From Sporopachydermia quercuum (lineage: Eukaryota), in NCBI GenBank assembly GCA_001599295.1, contig BCGN01000010.1, positions 310,001 to 374,000 on the forward strand: a DNA stretch of 64,000 nt, in the 5' to 3' direction. Under the pieces are notes generated by a model. The model made no database searches and was not told where the DNA came from. It worked only from the letters and a program-made list of their open reading frames with translations. Positions 13,171 to 25,700 of the stretch are shown here, piece by piece (within the stretch, counting starts at the first letter, position 1; every line of letters begins with the position of its first letter). A program made the position numbers and the translations under genes.

Positions 13171-13981
13171 TATGACTAAATTTCTCCGGTCCAACTAGGC
13201 CTTTACCTCTAAAATTTTGTTTCTAATCTACAATCAATTATCAAAAGCGTGAAATGCTGGCTCACTGTTGATAGTAGCTACAATGTTCATTTCAGTAGTG
13301 CACTATTTGGTTAGGACTTCTTTAGTGAAGCTTTCAATAATGCAAAATCACGTAAAGAAAGTAACTGATTGGTTCTTACAAAGAAATGTTTGGGTGCATG
13401 GTGCAATGATTAAGGTTTATAGTTTTATGTATTTCTATGTATAGCTAGTAAACTTTGCAGAAAGGTTGCATTGGGGAAATCACTGGAACATGGTTGGAGA
13501 ATGTTAGGAAAGTTGAAAAGGTGGCAAATGATTCGAGAACTATTTAGGGCAAACCGTTGTCAACAATAATAAATATTTTGTTATTTCATGGGTTTTAGGC
13601 AACTGTTTTGTCTCTTGGTTTTCAGTTGGAATGGAGAGCTATCAAGTGGAAATTGGCAAGTATAAAGCATCATTCGGTATTCCTGTAAGATGAAGTTTAA
13701 TTATTCATCATATTGCACAGACCCCTGATATTAGTGGGAAATTCTATATTATAACCCTTGACCTTACATTTTCCAAGGATTTCAAACTTTCCAATTCCCT
13801 TATTCATAGGGCTGAGTTGTTTGGTTCTCAAATCAGTTTTTGCGATTAAGCATTTCATTGTTCTTCTCAACCAATCTTCTCATCTTAGCAGGATATGTGA
13901 ACTGTATGCTTTGTTAATAGACCCTCGTAGGTTCTCTTGATTTGCCTATTGCAGGATTTAACTATATAACTCTAATTGCTT

Positions 13982-14002
13982 TCGCGTCAACCGCGTAAAC
14001 AA
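13982..14002. promoter_or_regulatory. Tandem MCB-like elements plus forkhead site upstream of ORC6
   Basis: TCGCGT (13982), CCGCGT (13991) and an overlapping GTAAACAA (13995-14002) lie about 200 nt before the ATG. Confidence 0.55.
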
Positions 14003-14192
14003 CATATTCAACAGTAATCAACGGTTTATTCATTTTTTCAGCTGGATATGCTTCATAAAATTCGGGAGTAGTAACTAGAGCATTTGAAGAACCTTTTTAG
14101 TAACTCAGATCTCTTTGGAAGCACCATAGATTTAATATCTTGGGCCGACCATCTTCCTCATCGTATCTCATTGTAATCCATCATCTGTCACC

Positions 14193-15263
14193 ATGTCAAA
14201 AGCAATCGAAGAAACACTGAAACACCTAATACCAACAATAACTGGTCATTATCCTAAAGAACTAGTAGAATCAGTAAACCTACTTTTTGTCAGATCATTA
14301 AAACATGTAAAACTGAAACCTGACGAAGAAATTGCTAGGATGCTATTGTGTTCCCATCTGGCTGTAGAAAGAATGAGATTGAGCAATAGATTAGTTGATT
14401 CACATGGCCAAAGGATCATTCTTCCAGAACCACATTGCACGAGATCACCAATTAGACCAAAAGACTATAATAAACTCTTGGATGTATTCAGAATCCACTT
14501 AAGTGATTCAGCAACTGCCACTCCTGATACTTCCCCAGTGAAGAAGCATCCTAGAACATCACCATTGAAAAATGGTGGTGGTGCTTCGCCATCGCCAAAA
14601 TCATCACCAAGGAGGAAAGGCAAACTAATAGTGAGCTCAAGTTTGGTAAAGGATATATGTGACGAACTAGATTTTAACGAATTACAATTCAGATCGACGT
14701 TGAAGCAGTTCCTTGCTCTTAGACAGCATTTAAAAGATCAACAGGAACTCCTGATAGGTTTGCTTACTATAGTTGCTAGTAAAACCCAACCAGATTTTGA
14801 CGAAAATACATTCTTTTTAACCCTGGATGTCACCCTGAAAAGATTTGGTATTCCGCCTGTTTCGAAAGAAACTTTCATTCACTGGTTTGTAATGGTAGAA
14901 GATATGTCTTATGGAACCACATGGTATTTGAACCTAGAGCAACAATATAGTAGAATAGAACAAGCNAAGAAATCAGAACAAGAAAAAGCTATTAATGATG
15001 TAAATACAGATTCACCAGAAATTTCACCACCGCCATCACCTACACCGAAGAAGAATTCCCGTGGTAGAAACTCTAGTGGAAGTATATTAAAACTACCGAG
15101 ATTGAGTTTTAGTTTACCAATTGCCAACCGCAAAGTAAAGAAAAGAAATATCAGCGGAATCGGAAATATGATTCCGAGAAGCAAATGGTATTCATCAGAG
15201 GAAAAGGTGCAAGCATACAATGAATGGGAAAAACATATACTAGTGTTACTTGATAACAACTAA
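14193..15263 (+). CDS. ORC6: Origin recognition complex subunit 6
   Basis: Fungal Orc6 N-terminus (LKPDEEIAR..LC.HLAVE, PIRPKDY.KLL..F), S/T-P-rich linker and C-terminal SGIGNM...YNEWEKHIL. Divergent from SET1 as in S. cerevisiae. Confidence 0.88.
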   Translation: MSKAIEETLKHLIPTITGHYPKELVESVNLLFVRSLKHVKLKPDEEIARMLLCSHLAVERMRLSNRLVDSHGQRIILPEPHCTRSPIRPKDYNKLLDVFRIHLSDSATATPDTSPVKKHPRTSPLKNGGGASPSPKSSPRRKGKLIVSSSLVKDICDELDFNELQFRSTLKQFLALRQHLKDQQELLIGLLTIVASKTQPDFDENTFFLTLDVTLKRFGIPPVSKETFIHWFVMVEDMSYGTTWYLNLEQQYSRIEQXKKSEQEKAINDVNTDSPEISPPPSPTPKKNSRGRNSSGSILKLPRLSFSLPIANRKVKKRNISGIGNMIPRSKWYSSEEKVQAYNEWEKHILVLLDNN

Positions 15264-16057
15264 GAACCTCCCAGAATGTATATTGAATCATCAGTGGAAC
15301 AATCAAGTAGAAATTGGTAGAAAAGCACTTTGTTTCATTGGATGGTATATTACTGGAAATCAATTGTATGGTTACAAGAAAAATTTATGCATAATACGCA
15401 CAAATCTCCATCATAGAAATGTTCAAGCCAGATTTTAACAATCAGAGATCCTCTCGGTAGTTGGCAATCCATGGGGTGTGAGAATGGATTACTCATTATT
15501 GGAATATCGAGCTTGCTGATTGATTTGTGATTCCATGTTATCCCGGAGTTCAGCCACTATCTGCAACAATCACCGATCAACGACGTACAACACCATATCA
15601 ATTACTTACAAAATCAACTATAATACTTTCCTACCAGTTTCAAATCTAATTTTAATGAAACAGCTAAATCTCAACCTCATTTAACCACAGTCGACTCCTG
15701 TTTTAGCATCCGTATCCTAAATGAAACTAATTGTCTTAACTCAACGTATTGTTCGCTATTCATCAATACAATTACAGATTTTCCTTCAAAAATATTTTCA
15801 AAAAACAAAACTCAACCAGATCATCTAAAGACTTTTTATTCTATATGATAATAAATCCTTTTATATATTTTCCATACTTATTGATGTTATTTCACCACTA
15901 CAATTTTCGTTATCTTACAGACCTCCGTCAGACCCTTCATTCGGAAACAGACTACATACATTCCTCTATGCATAGAGTCTCCCTTCAAATTAGTAAACTT
16001 CATAATGAGACCCAATATTTTTATATTACCCTCCTCAGCATCCGAATCAGGAAAAAG

Positions 16058-16151
16058 TGAAAAGTTTAATGAAAAAAATTGTTATTATGTAGAACATCAT
16101 TTCTAACAATTATCTGATAGTTCATATAAAACAAAAACAACAAGCGGTGAG
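16058..16151 (+). promoter_or_regulatory. Ribosome-biogenesis promoter motifs (RRPE and PAC-like) of MAK21
   Basis: TGAAAAGTTT (16058), TGAAAAAAATT (16070) and GCGGTGAG (16144, a PAC GCGATGAG variant), in the usual RRPE-then-PAC order. Confidence 0.55.
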
Positions 16152-16229
16152 ATATTTTTGTTCGTGGTTAAAGAGTCATCAACATTGAAAACAGGTTGAC
16201 GTTTTGACATCGATTGCATTCTAATTGAA

Positions 16230-19200
16230 ATGTCAGACGAAGCTGAGGTAGCACCGAAGCTGGATTTATCCAAGCTTTCGAGTAGAATCAGTTCTCAGTT
16301 GGAGAAATCAAAAGAGAAGAAAGCAAAGAAGGAAAAGAAAGAAAAGAAAGAGAAGGATGAAAAGAAGCCGGAAGAAAAAGCTGGCGAATTCAGTATCAAA
16401 ATTGAGAATAAGAATAAGTCCAAAAAACATCACAAGAGTGAATCAGCATCAAATGACAATAGTAAACGAATAGAGGAAAAGAAATCTAAAGGAGAAAATG
16501 ATGTTTTACTAAGAGAAATTCGATCTTTAGGCGGTGATGAGAATGATTTAGAGCTTATTGAAGGTGACTTAGAAAATAGTGAAGCCGAGCAGATCTTTGA
16601 TACACCTATTCCTAAGAAAGAGAAGAAAGCGGTCGTTGAAGACTTGGCTAAGTTCATGAAGCATATTGGATTGACTGGTGACAAGTTTGAAGGAAACACA
16701 ATTGTTGAAGATGAAGAAGACGGTGAAGAAATGGAAATGGTAAAGGAAAAAGAGAGGAAAGTGCAAGAGGGACCTAAGGACAAGAAACAGAAAGAACATG
16801 AACAAAAGAAAGAGCAAGTTCTAGAGAATGTATCTACAACTGAAGCTAACGAATCAGAGCATGAACTGGAAGTTGAAGCTGAATCTGAACCTGAAGAAGC
16901 TGAAGATAAAGAGGAAACAAATGTGACAACTCCATTTGATTCTAACACAATTGTTACTCCTAGGAAATGGTATGAACAAGGGTATATTAAGCATCCTAAG
17001 GAAGAAGAACTGGTCATCAAATTATCCAACAAAGATTTAGATGAATTATTCCAGAGGGCCAATGATTTATTGTATCAAGATAATAAGCGATTCACTGAGG
17101 AATTCAACAAATCATCTTCACAACGAAAATTTCTTACTCAAATTCTCAGCGATGGTACCGTTTCTGATAAAATAAACACATTAACCCTTTTAGTTCAAGA
17201 GTCTCCTGTTCATAACATGAAAGCATTAGATAGTTTGCTCAATCTAGTGAAGAAAAAGTCGCGTACAGTTGCTTTACAGGGAATGAATGCTCTTAAGGAT
17301 CTTTTCATTGCTGGTAATGTTCTTCCAGATAGAAAGCTCAGATATTTCAAGAATCAAGTTGGCCTTAATAATAACACTTCAGATGAAGAATTGATTTTAT
17401 ATGCTTTTGAAGATTACCTCAAAAAGAGCTTCTTCGAATTCATACAGGCATTGGAAACTCACACTCATGATACTATTGAGCATGTGAGAATTCAAGCAGT
17501 AAGCCATATTTTGGACTTGCTTAAAGCAAAACCAGAGCAAGAAGTGAACTTATTGAAATTGGGGGTGAATAAGCTTGGTGATATTGATAATAAAGTATGC
17601 TCCAAGACATCTTATTTATTGCTCAAGATCGAACAAGCTCATCCAGCTATGAAAAGCATTATTGTTAATGCAATTACTGATACTTTATTCCGACCTGGGG
17701 TTGATTATCATTTAGAATATTATAGTGTGATTACACTCAATCAAACAATTCTCACGAGGAAAGAAGTTGATCTCTCTAATAAGCTAGTGAAAGTTTACTT
17801 TAGCTTGTTTGAAAAGCTTTTAGCTCAATTTGAAGAAAAAGATAGGCAAGAAAAGAAGGATAATAGCGGTAACACTGGAGAGGAGAATGGCTATTCTAAA
17901 GATATTGTTAACGAGAAAACTGGTAAGAAATGGAGAAGGTCAAAAAAATCAAAACAAAATAACGACAAAAAGTCTTCTAATAATGGCATTTATGGAGGAT
18001 TAGAACAAGAAAGCAGTAATAAGTTATTCTCTGCTGTTCTAACCGGTCTCAATAGAGCTTATCCCTTTTCTGATTTGCCGGTTGATATTTTNAACACACA
18101 TATGAATTCCTTATACAAAATTGCCCATTCAACTAATTTCAATACAAGCATTCAAGCATTAGTGCTCATTTTCAATGTAACTAGTCAACAGAATGAGATT
18201 CTACGTGATGAAGGCAATTTGGACCGTTTCTACAGAACATTGTATGAATCTTTATTCGATCGCAGATTCTTAACATCTTCCAAGCAAGGAATTTACATCA
18301 ATCTTCTTTACAGAGCTTTAAAAAGAGATACTAATGTTGATAGGGTGTTAGCCTTTGCTAAGAGAATGATACAATTATCAACTGAATGGACTAATATTGG
18401 TGCTGTTGCTGGTATGATTTTTCTACTAAATGAACTTTCTAAACAGATTCCTGCTATTGCTCAATTCTTTACTTATAACGAAAACCAGAAAATTGAATCT
18501 GTTGATGCAAATGGCAATCNAATTGTTTATGATGGCAGAAAACGTGAGCCAGCTTTCGCAGGTGCTTCTACAACTAAATTATGGGAAATTATTCCTCTCA
18601 TACGACATTATCATCCAACAGTTTCACTGTATGCATCTAGTACTATCCAAGGGCCAGATTCTGAAGCCAGTAAAGAACTAGCGAGACCTGACCTTTCATT
18701 ATACACACTTACTCATTTCTTGGATAAATTTGTATATAAAGCGCCAAAGACCAAAGCAACTACCAAGGGAGAGAGTATCATGCAACCATTGTCAGGAGCT
18801 GCAACATCGGATCGCCTTACTGTTTATAATGAAAAGAGTTCAAAAGTTGCTGTTAATAAACACGATTGGAGCAGTTTATCTCTTAATAAGATCAAACCTG
18901 AAGAAATGTTCTTTTATAAGTATTTCACCAGTAAGGCAGAAAGCAAAGAACGAGACGAAAAGAGAAAAGAGAAAGTAAAACAACAAAAAAAGAAGAACGA
19001 TGATGAGGAAGGTGACGATGAAGAAATGGATAGTGATTTTGATGAGGAAGAGATTTGGCAAGCCTTGGTTAAAAGCAAGCCTGATTTGGAAGGTGAAAGT
19101 GATGATGACNTAAGCGACTTGGATGATGAAGATCTAAGTGGTTTAGATGACGACGATTTGAGTGGATTTGAAGATGACGAAGAAGATGATGATGATGAGG

Positions 19201-19589
19201 ACGAGGATGACGATGAGAATGACGATGAGAATGAACGTTTTGATGGTTTGTTAGATATAGAAGCAAGCGAAGCTGAAGAAGGAGAAAGTGATGAGGATAT
19301 TGTTTTTGGTACTTNAGGAGAAGGCGAAGAAGAGGAAGAGGAGGACGACGATGACAATGATGATGATGAAGCCTTGAAAGCAATGCTAGAAGATTCAGAT
19401 TCTGAAGTGGATTCCGAGGCAGATTCTGGATTTGAAGCTGAGTCAACGGTACCAGTCTCAAAGAAAAGAAGTAGAAGTACTGGAAAAACGTCTAACGATA
19501 ATTCAAAGAAACCTAGACTCAAGGATCTTCCCACATTTGCTTCTGTTGATGATTATGCCGAGTACCTTAATTCGGATGAAGACTATTAA
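16230..19589 (+). CDS. MAK21: Ribosome biogenesis protein Mak21/Noc1 (CBF/Mak21 family)
   Basis: GTVSDKI..LTLLVQESP.H, KPEQEVNLL.L.VNKLGD, LTGLNRAYPF, YDGRKREP, HYHPTV, FLDKFVYK, acidic tail and terminal LPTFASVDDY. Confidence 0.95.
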   Translation: MSDEAEVAPKLDLSKLSSRISSQLEKSKEKKAKKEKKEKKEKDEKKPEEKAGEFSIKIENKNKSKKHHKSESASNDNSKRIEEKKSKGENDVLLREIRSLGGDENDLELIEGDLENSEAEQIFDTPIPKKEKKAVVEDLAKFMKHIGLTGDKFEGNTIVEDEEDGEEMEMVKEKERKVQEGPKDKKQKEHEQKKEQVLENVSTTEANESEHELEVEAESEPEEAEDKEETNVTTPFDSNTIVTPRKWYEQGYIKHPKEEELVIKLSNKDLDELFQRANDLLYQDNKRFTEEFNKSSSQRKFLTQILSDGTVSDKINTLTLLVQESPVHNMKALDSLLNLVKKKSRTVALQGMNALKDLFIAGNVLPDRKLRYFKNQVGLNNNTSDEELILYAFEDYLKKSFFEFIQALETHTHDTIEHVRIQAVSHILDLLKAKPEQEVNLLKLGVNKLGDIDNKVCSKTSYLLLKIEQAHPAMKSIIVNAITDTLFRPGVDYHLEYYSVITLNQTILTRKEVDLSNKLVKVYFSLFEKLLAQFEEKDRQEKKDNSGNTGEENGYSKDIVNEKTGKKWRRSKKSKQNNDKKSSNNGIYGGLEQESSNKLFSAVLTGLNRAYPFSDLPVDIXNTHMNSLYKIAHSTNFNTSIQALVLIFNVTSQQNEILRDEGNLDRFYRTLYESLFDRRFLTSSKQGIYINLLYRALKRDTNVDRVLAFAKRMIQLSTEWTNIGAVAGMIFLLNELSKQIPAIAQFFTYNENQKIESVDANGNXIVYDGRKREPAFAGASTTKLWEIIPLIRHYHPTVSLYASSTIQGPDSEASKELARPDLSLYTLTHFLDKFVYKAPKTKATTKGESIMQPLSGAATSDRLTVYNEKSSKVAVNKHDWSSLSLNKIKPEEMFFYKYFTSKAESKERDEKRKEKVKQQKKKNDDEEGDDEEMDSDFDEEEIWQALVKSKPDLEGESDDDXSDLDDEDLSGLDDDDLSGFEDDEEDDDDEDEDDDENDDENERFDGLLDIEASEAEEGESDEDIVFGTXGEGEEEEEEDDDDNDDDEALKAMLEDSDSEVDSEADSGFEAESTVPVSKKRSRSTGKTSNDNSKKPRLKDLPTFASVDDYAEYLNSDEDY

Positions 19590-22500
19590 ATGTCTACCAT
19601 TAACCCATAGCATATTCATTAGCTTTCTGGTTGCATAATATATATATATACTGGTAGATACATGGAATATGCAGTCAAGTATCATTTTATCATACAATAC
19701 AGCCAATTGATATAATTAACATGAACGTAGAAATTAGAGTAAATGATTCTGACTGAAAAGCTGATCCTGTAAGAGTAAGCTTGGGAGGTTTTTCCGGACG
19801 AAACCGAATGAATAATCTATAATCTACGGCCTTTCAAGGAAGGCTCGATGAATGGGGATTATCATCGATTGAGGACGGAGCAAAAAAGGAAATTGAGAAT
19901 ACGATTTCCTAAGAAAGAAGAACCCAATAATCGATGATTGAAAGGTTGTTTAGTAAAGGAGCTAATAGGAGCTGATAGTTTTATTAAGAGTGCGATGGGA
20001 TTAAGGTGTGTATATCTTTTGTCGTTCGTGTTCTGGAGAGCTTGGTTCACGTACGGTAGAGATAGTCTCAAAATGTACGTAACGCAGAAAGATTTGGGTT
20101 AAAGTTTGATTGTTATGACAAACAGATGTGTAAAAAAAGGAAACAGTCGGCGGGACAATAATGGGCAACGTTTGATGAAAAGAATTAAAGAAAAAAAGAA
20201 ACATTTGAATGGCTATAGACAGTGGTAAAGAGTATTACTCATGGATACGATACTTCGACCTACAAATGTTTAGATCCGATATCACGTAGATAATGAGCAA
20301 ATAGCCACGCGTGTGTTATAGACGTCAAGTGTACGTAATGAGATACACCAAACGCGTGGAACATTTAAATTCGATTTCTCGCTTATTGGTATATCTTTTG
20401 TAGTATATATTTTTAAAGTTGCGAGAAAAGAATTTTACCCCAAACTTAATCTTATATTGCTTGAAATCGGCAAACTTTATTTCTTATAAACCAATTCAAT
20501 ATACTTCATCATTTAAATCAATAGATTTATAATAGCATGAACACTTGCAATACTCGAAAAATAGTGTTAATAACGGCAATCAACAAAATTGAGGAAGGTG
20601 TCATAATAGTTAATAACTGATTGAATCAAATTGCNATTACCTTGTTGTATTTATTACGATTATTATCTTAAGCTAATACCCAATACTAAGAAGCCGAATC
20701 AGCATTATATAATGCGACCACTTTTTATTTCTCAGACAACATATTGAAACACATGGTCATAGATTTCTGTGGCTACCATTACCTTGTTTGAAAATTAAAC
20801 TATCTGGATCAATAGGGAACTTCTCGCCTATATATATGAGCAGCAGAAAGGAAGTCCGATATTGTTATGTGTAGCAATTTCTTGCAAAACAGATTTCAGT
20901 CGGGCATTGTTATTATCCATCTGGTNTACTAATGACGGATGCAATTAATAGTTATACAGTTTAAAAAGCTACTAGAACTTCTACTATGTCTAATATTGAA
21001 TTTAGCTCATTAGACAAAGAATAACTGTAAAAGGAAAAAACTTATTATGTTTCCTCTCCTAATCAACTACTCTTATTCTTACTGATTTTGAAGTTATCTT
21101 TTCGTACATAATTCACTTTTATGGCATACTAATAGGTTTATATGTGAACGAAGTTAAAACCCAATTGATACATTAACATAAATAACAAGGGAAGGAAGTG
21201 AGAGCAGTAACTCGGAGTCTCTACTCTCGCAATACTTAGTATATTCAACTGTAAAATCAGCATTCATCCGTCTGTCATGAGCATATATCCGTGGCGCTTA
21301 TTTGAAAAGGCTTATCATTATTATACAAGAAAGAATAACTATTGATATAAAGTAGATGGATATAGTAAACTGTCGATATAAAAGTTACATCACCCGATTG
21401 AACGCTATGAGAAAGAAGTAAGAATAACAAGAGCCTTTCGTAATCCTTGAGTTTGATTTAATAGTGTGCGTAATTATGAAAATTAAGGTTCCCTTTTGCT
21501 TTCCTTTTTGAGAGAGAGAAATCACGTACCGAATATGATAAAAGATCAATTCATAATTGTAAGGAGCTCTCTTTTAGTAGCATTGATTGTAAATTCAGAT
21601 TTTGAAGGACTATTCATTCAGATCACTCTTTGCAAATAAATAAATCAAAATCTGACTGACACTTCTATTTTAATCAGAGGAAAATTCCCCAAATTCCATT
21701 CACCGTTGGGAACTTCAAGATGTGCTTGCTTCAAAATTTAAACGAAGTTAGGCAAACCTTAATTTCAAACTGGCTAGCATTAATTGGAAAGGCTACAGTA
21801 TAACGTATCAGTTTAATGTTACTTTTATATATTGTTTCATTAAAGGCTTAATTCTTTATAAAATCTATATCATGTAAGTTGTTCGTAAGACAATAACTCC
21901 TTCGAAGAACGTTCTTTCAGAACAGTTCGTGAATATGCATAGATTGTGCACCTCGGCTCATTGAACTGAATATACGCACACTGAAGGCTAGTGCGTATGT
22001 TCTCTCTTTCACCACATTTCAGTGAATACAATTAATATTCTTTACATTAAATACTTTCCTCAGCAATGAACCCGTAAGTGTGTGTGTGTAATCTCAAATA
22101 ATCTCAATTTTAGTTATTCCTTAACAATAAACCCTCTCCTTTCTTACAAATATTGAGATTCGTCTGTAAGTTCATGTAAGTATATGCACCTACTACATAT
22201 ACCAAACTTGTAAAAATATCTATAATTTAAACTAAACTCAAACCTAATTTACCAATCTGCTGGTCCAAATCATTTTCTCTGCCTTTTTCGCGTGCTGTAC
22301 CGTTCAATCACGTACCAAAGTTTACGTACGTCTTTTCACCCTATTTCCTCTCGTTGATCAATCTTTCAACATTCTATCTCAATAACAATTCATCTTTCTT
22401 TCTACTCTTTAATATCCATCTTCAAGCACTTTTCTCTCCTCGTGGTCAATTCTTCATTATATCATTAGAGATCAAAGCAACTCGCACTGAGAGAGAACAT

Positions 22501-22711
22501 TCAGTTCTATTTAATTAATTGATCATCCAATCATCCTTTCATCTCCTTCCTTTGGTTTGTCGCGTCAAGTCTGCCAGTATCCAAACAGGACAGCCAAGTA
22601 GATGATACTTGTTGTATTCACGTTTTAATTATCAATACTTGCATTCATCAAACCAAAACAACAGAAGAAGTATTGAACCAACGATTTACCACTAACCAGT
22701 CAATTATAATC

Positions 22712-25700
22712 ATGGATTTTGATTCCTCATTCGATGAAACGTCGATTCATCAATCGGCAGAGGCATACATGTTTCCTAGGCCAGGAGAGACAAATAAAAG
22801 TAGTCACCACAACGAAGCTCACTTTCCTTCTACAAGTGTTATAATCACACCTCCACCTTCTTCTCATAAATCAGCATCTGTTCCTCAGTATTCCACCATG
22901 AGTATAATAAATCCTTCAAATAATAACCATACTACTACTAATGACAGTCAAGCAATCACAAGTATGCACATAACACCTACGCACACAGGAAATCAACNGG
23001 GGCATGAGCATGTCATCTCTCAAGTGCTAGTTGGTTCTCGGCATCCTGTTCCTCATTCAGCCACTGGTCCAACATCGGCATCAACACCGGCACCTGATTT
23101 CAATAGGTATCAAAAATTCCGTACTAAAGCATTATCTGCTACAGCGGCTTCTTTTGTCACTGGACATAAAAATCATCAACAGCCTTTCACATCATCATTT
23201 GCATCTACATTATCATTACCATCTCAACCGGATTTCTCTTTATACAAGAAAAACGTATCTGGAGATGAGCCAATAATACAAAATGATATGCCACCTCATA
23301 GTGCACCAGCATCATTATCAGGACCTGTTCATCACGGCTCATCTTCAGGATCAAAACTACCAATGATTGTTGACGTGTCTGTTTCCCCAACTGGAGGTCA
23401 CCAAACTTATCAAGTATTCGATACACCTTTGAAATCAAAGAAGAATATTGATCCTTCACAGTTACCGCAGTACTTTCCTCAACTAGAATCTTTCCACGGT
23501 TTCAATGACGATCCAAGATTAATACCAATGGCTGCTCCTTCTCATCATTCAATGCAAGTATCTCATAGTNCTCCCGCTCCTACGCCTGTACCTATGTATC
23601 AGTATCTTCCCAATGGGAATGTTCCTGGCAGTAATCAACTTAATGCTAATGATCTTATTCATAATGGCTCTTTACCAATTATAAGGCCAGATATATCAGA
23701 TTTACAACAAGAGCAAAATAATCTGATGGGGTTCCCAGGTTTAAATGGTGCCTTATCCAGTGCTGAATTAGCAAATGAAGAAAAACTGTATCCTAAAAAC
23801 TCGAGAGATTCTCTTTGGTCAAAAGACGTAACTGATGCATTCATGGAAGCAATTAGNGTGATTCCCAAGAATGGATTGAAAAAGATAACCATAAATGGTA
23901 AAGCAAGAGGTAGAAATCAGTTAATTGCTGATTATATTTATCGGAAAACAGGTAAATTAAGAACTAGAAAGCAAGTATCTTCTCACATTCAAATACTGAA
24001 GAATAATCTCAAAGATGAAGAGACCCTAAGATTGATAGTTGAAGGTCCACCAAGAAACGAAGAGCAAGTGTCGGAAACAGATGGTAATATGAATATCAAT
24101 CTCAGTAGTGGATTAGGAACTGGAATAAAGCTTGAGCTTGAAAACCATGAACCTTTAGCTGAAACTTTCAAAAATTATCCATCAACAACGATAAATCGTG
24201 CTAATAACGGTAGCAACAGCAATAGCAATAGGAGCAACAATAATAATAGCAACACTAAAATCATTAGCACTTCTTTTGATAATGACGAGTTTATTGTTAG
24301 ACCTGGTAGATTTGTTATTATGTCAAAAGTCATTAGCAGTAATGCCCCTTGTCATATTTATTCAAAATCGAGAGGAAACCAAAGTGATCATATGAATATG
24401 AGCCTAGGTATGAATATGGGTGTTAACGGTAACATGAATATGAATTTGAATTTGAATATGAACATGCATAACTCATTATCTATGCCAGGGCATCTTCAGA
24501 ACTCAAATTCTACATCAGCTAGCACAGCAACAAAATCAGCAGAAAGAGCAGCAGCATCAGCAATGTCTACCTCTATTCCTATAATGAGAATCAACTATGT
24601 TGATGAACTAACAACTAAGTTCCCTCAAATCAATCGGATCTTCACTGAACCTGAGTTGGAAGCTTTGATCCGTACTAGAGGAAGACATCTGTTCCAACAG
24701 ACACACTGTTCTTTTAAACTGTTGTATGACTTTGGCATGACCATTGAGAATGATGTTTCCGTTCACCATGCAGCAGTCAAAATCAACTTGAACAATCCTT
24801 TATTGCAACCGAAATTAGAAATGAACCTTTCGACAGAAACAAACATTGAATGTCAATTCGAACTAACAACTGGAAATGGTACTGGAATTAATGGTTTGAA
24901 GCAAATGCCTAAAGATTGGGTCTCCTCATTATTCATTTCATCGTTTGGTAATGAAATCTTATCAACTAATGAAGAGATGGATTTCGCTGATGGTAAACTT
25001 GAATCCCCATTTGCAAATGAGTTCTGGAACGCATTTATGGAAGGCATTGAAAGCAAGTTGATGGCTACTAATGGAAACGGTAATGGCAATGGCAATAAGC
25101 AATCATTTGGAAGTGATGAAGAAAGTGTCGAGGTATTAAGAAGAGGAGTTGAAATGTCTCTTGAAGGTTTGAAGATGACACAATTATTGTCAATCCCTAG
25201 CTCGAAGGATACCTTACGTACGTTGAAAAGTATTATTCTTTGGGAGTTCATTGCTGTTTCTGAGGATGAAAATGATGGTAATATCAATAATAATAGTGAT
25301 GGTAATACTACCGAATTTCAATTATTGCAACTAGATTATCCTTCCGATTTACAACAATTGCCTGTGACAGGAGTATTCAATCATCAAGAATCCGTGTCAA
25401 CTATAACTGATGATAATTCAATAAGTCATAATTCACATACAAGTTTGAGTACTCCCAAATCTCAAGTTGAGAGACAGATAAGACAATTGGAAGAAATCGA
25501 TGGTGAAGATATTGATAATAATAGTCTTAGTATGCCACTATTTGATTTCAGAAAATCCGTTGATGAAAGAGGAAGATTGACATTGTCACCATTGAGAACC
25601 AATCCAATTACTCCTGGCAGAAACAGCAACAAACGTTTAAAGATGAGTTGGAATGGAATTGACGAGTCGTCCCCAATACTAAGAGAAAGACCTGTCACTA

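Noticed and set aside
22166..22699. 5'-UTR intron in TEC1 (GTAAGT at 22166/22176; CACTAAC-CAG ending 22699)
   Set aside because: Branch-to-AG spacing is shorter than in the well-supported introns here and the TSS is unknown. Possible but unsupported.
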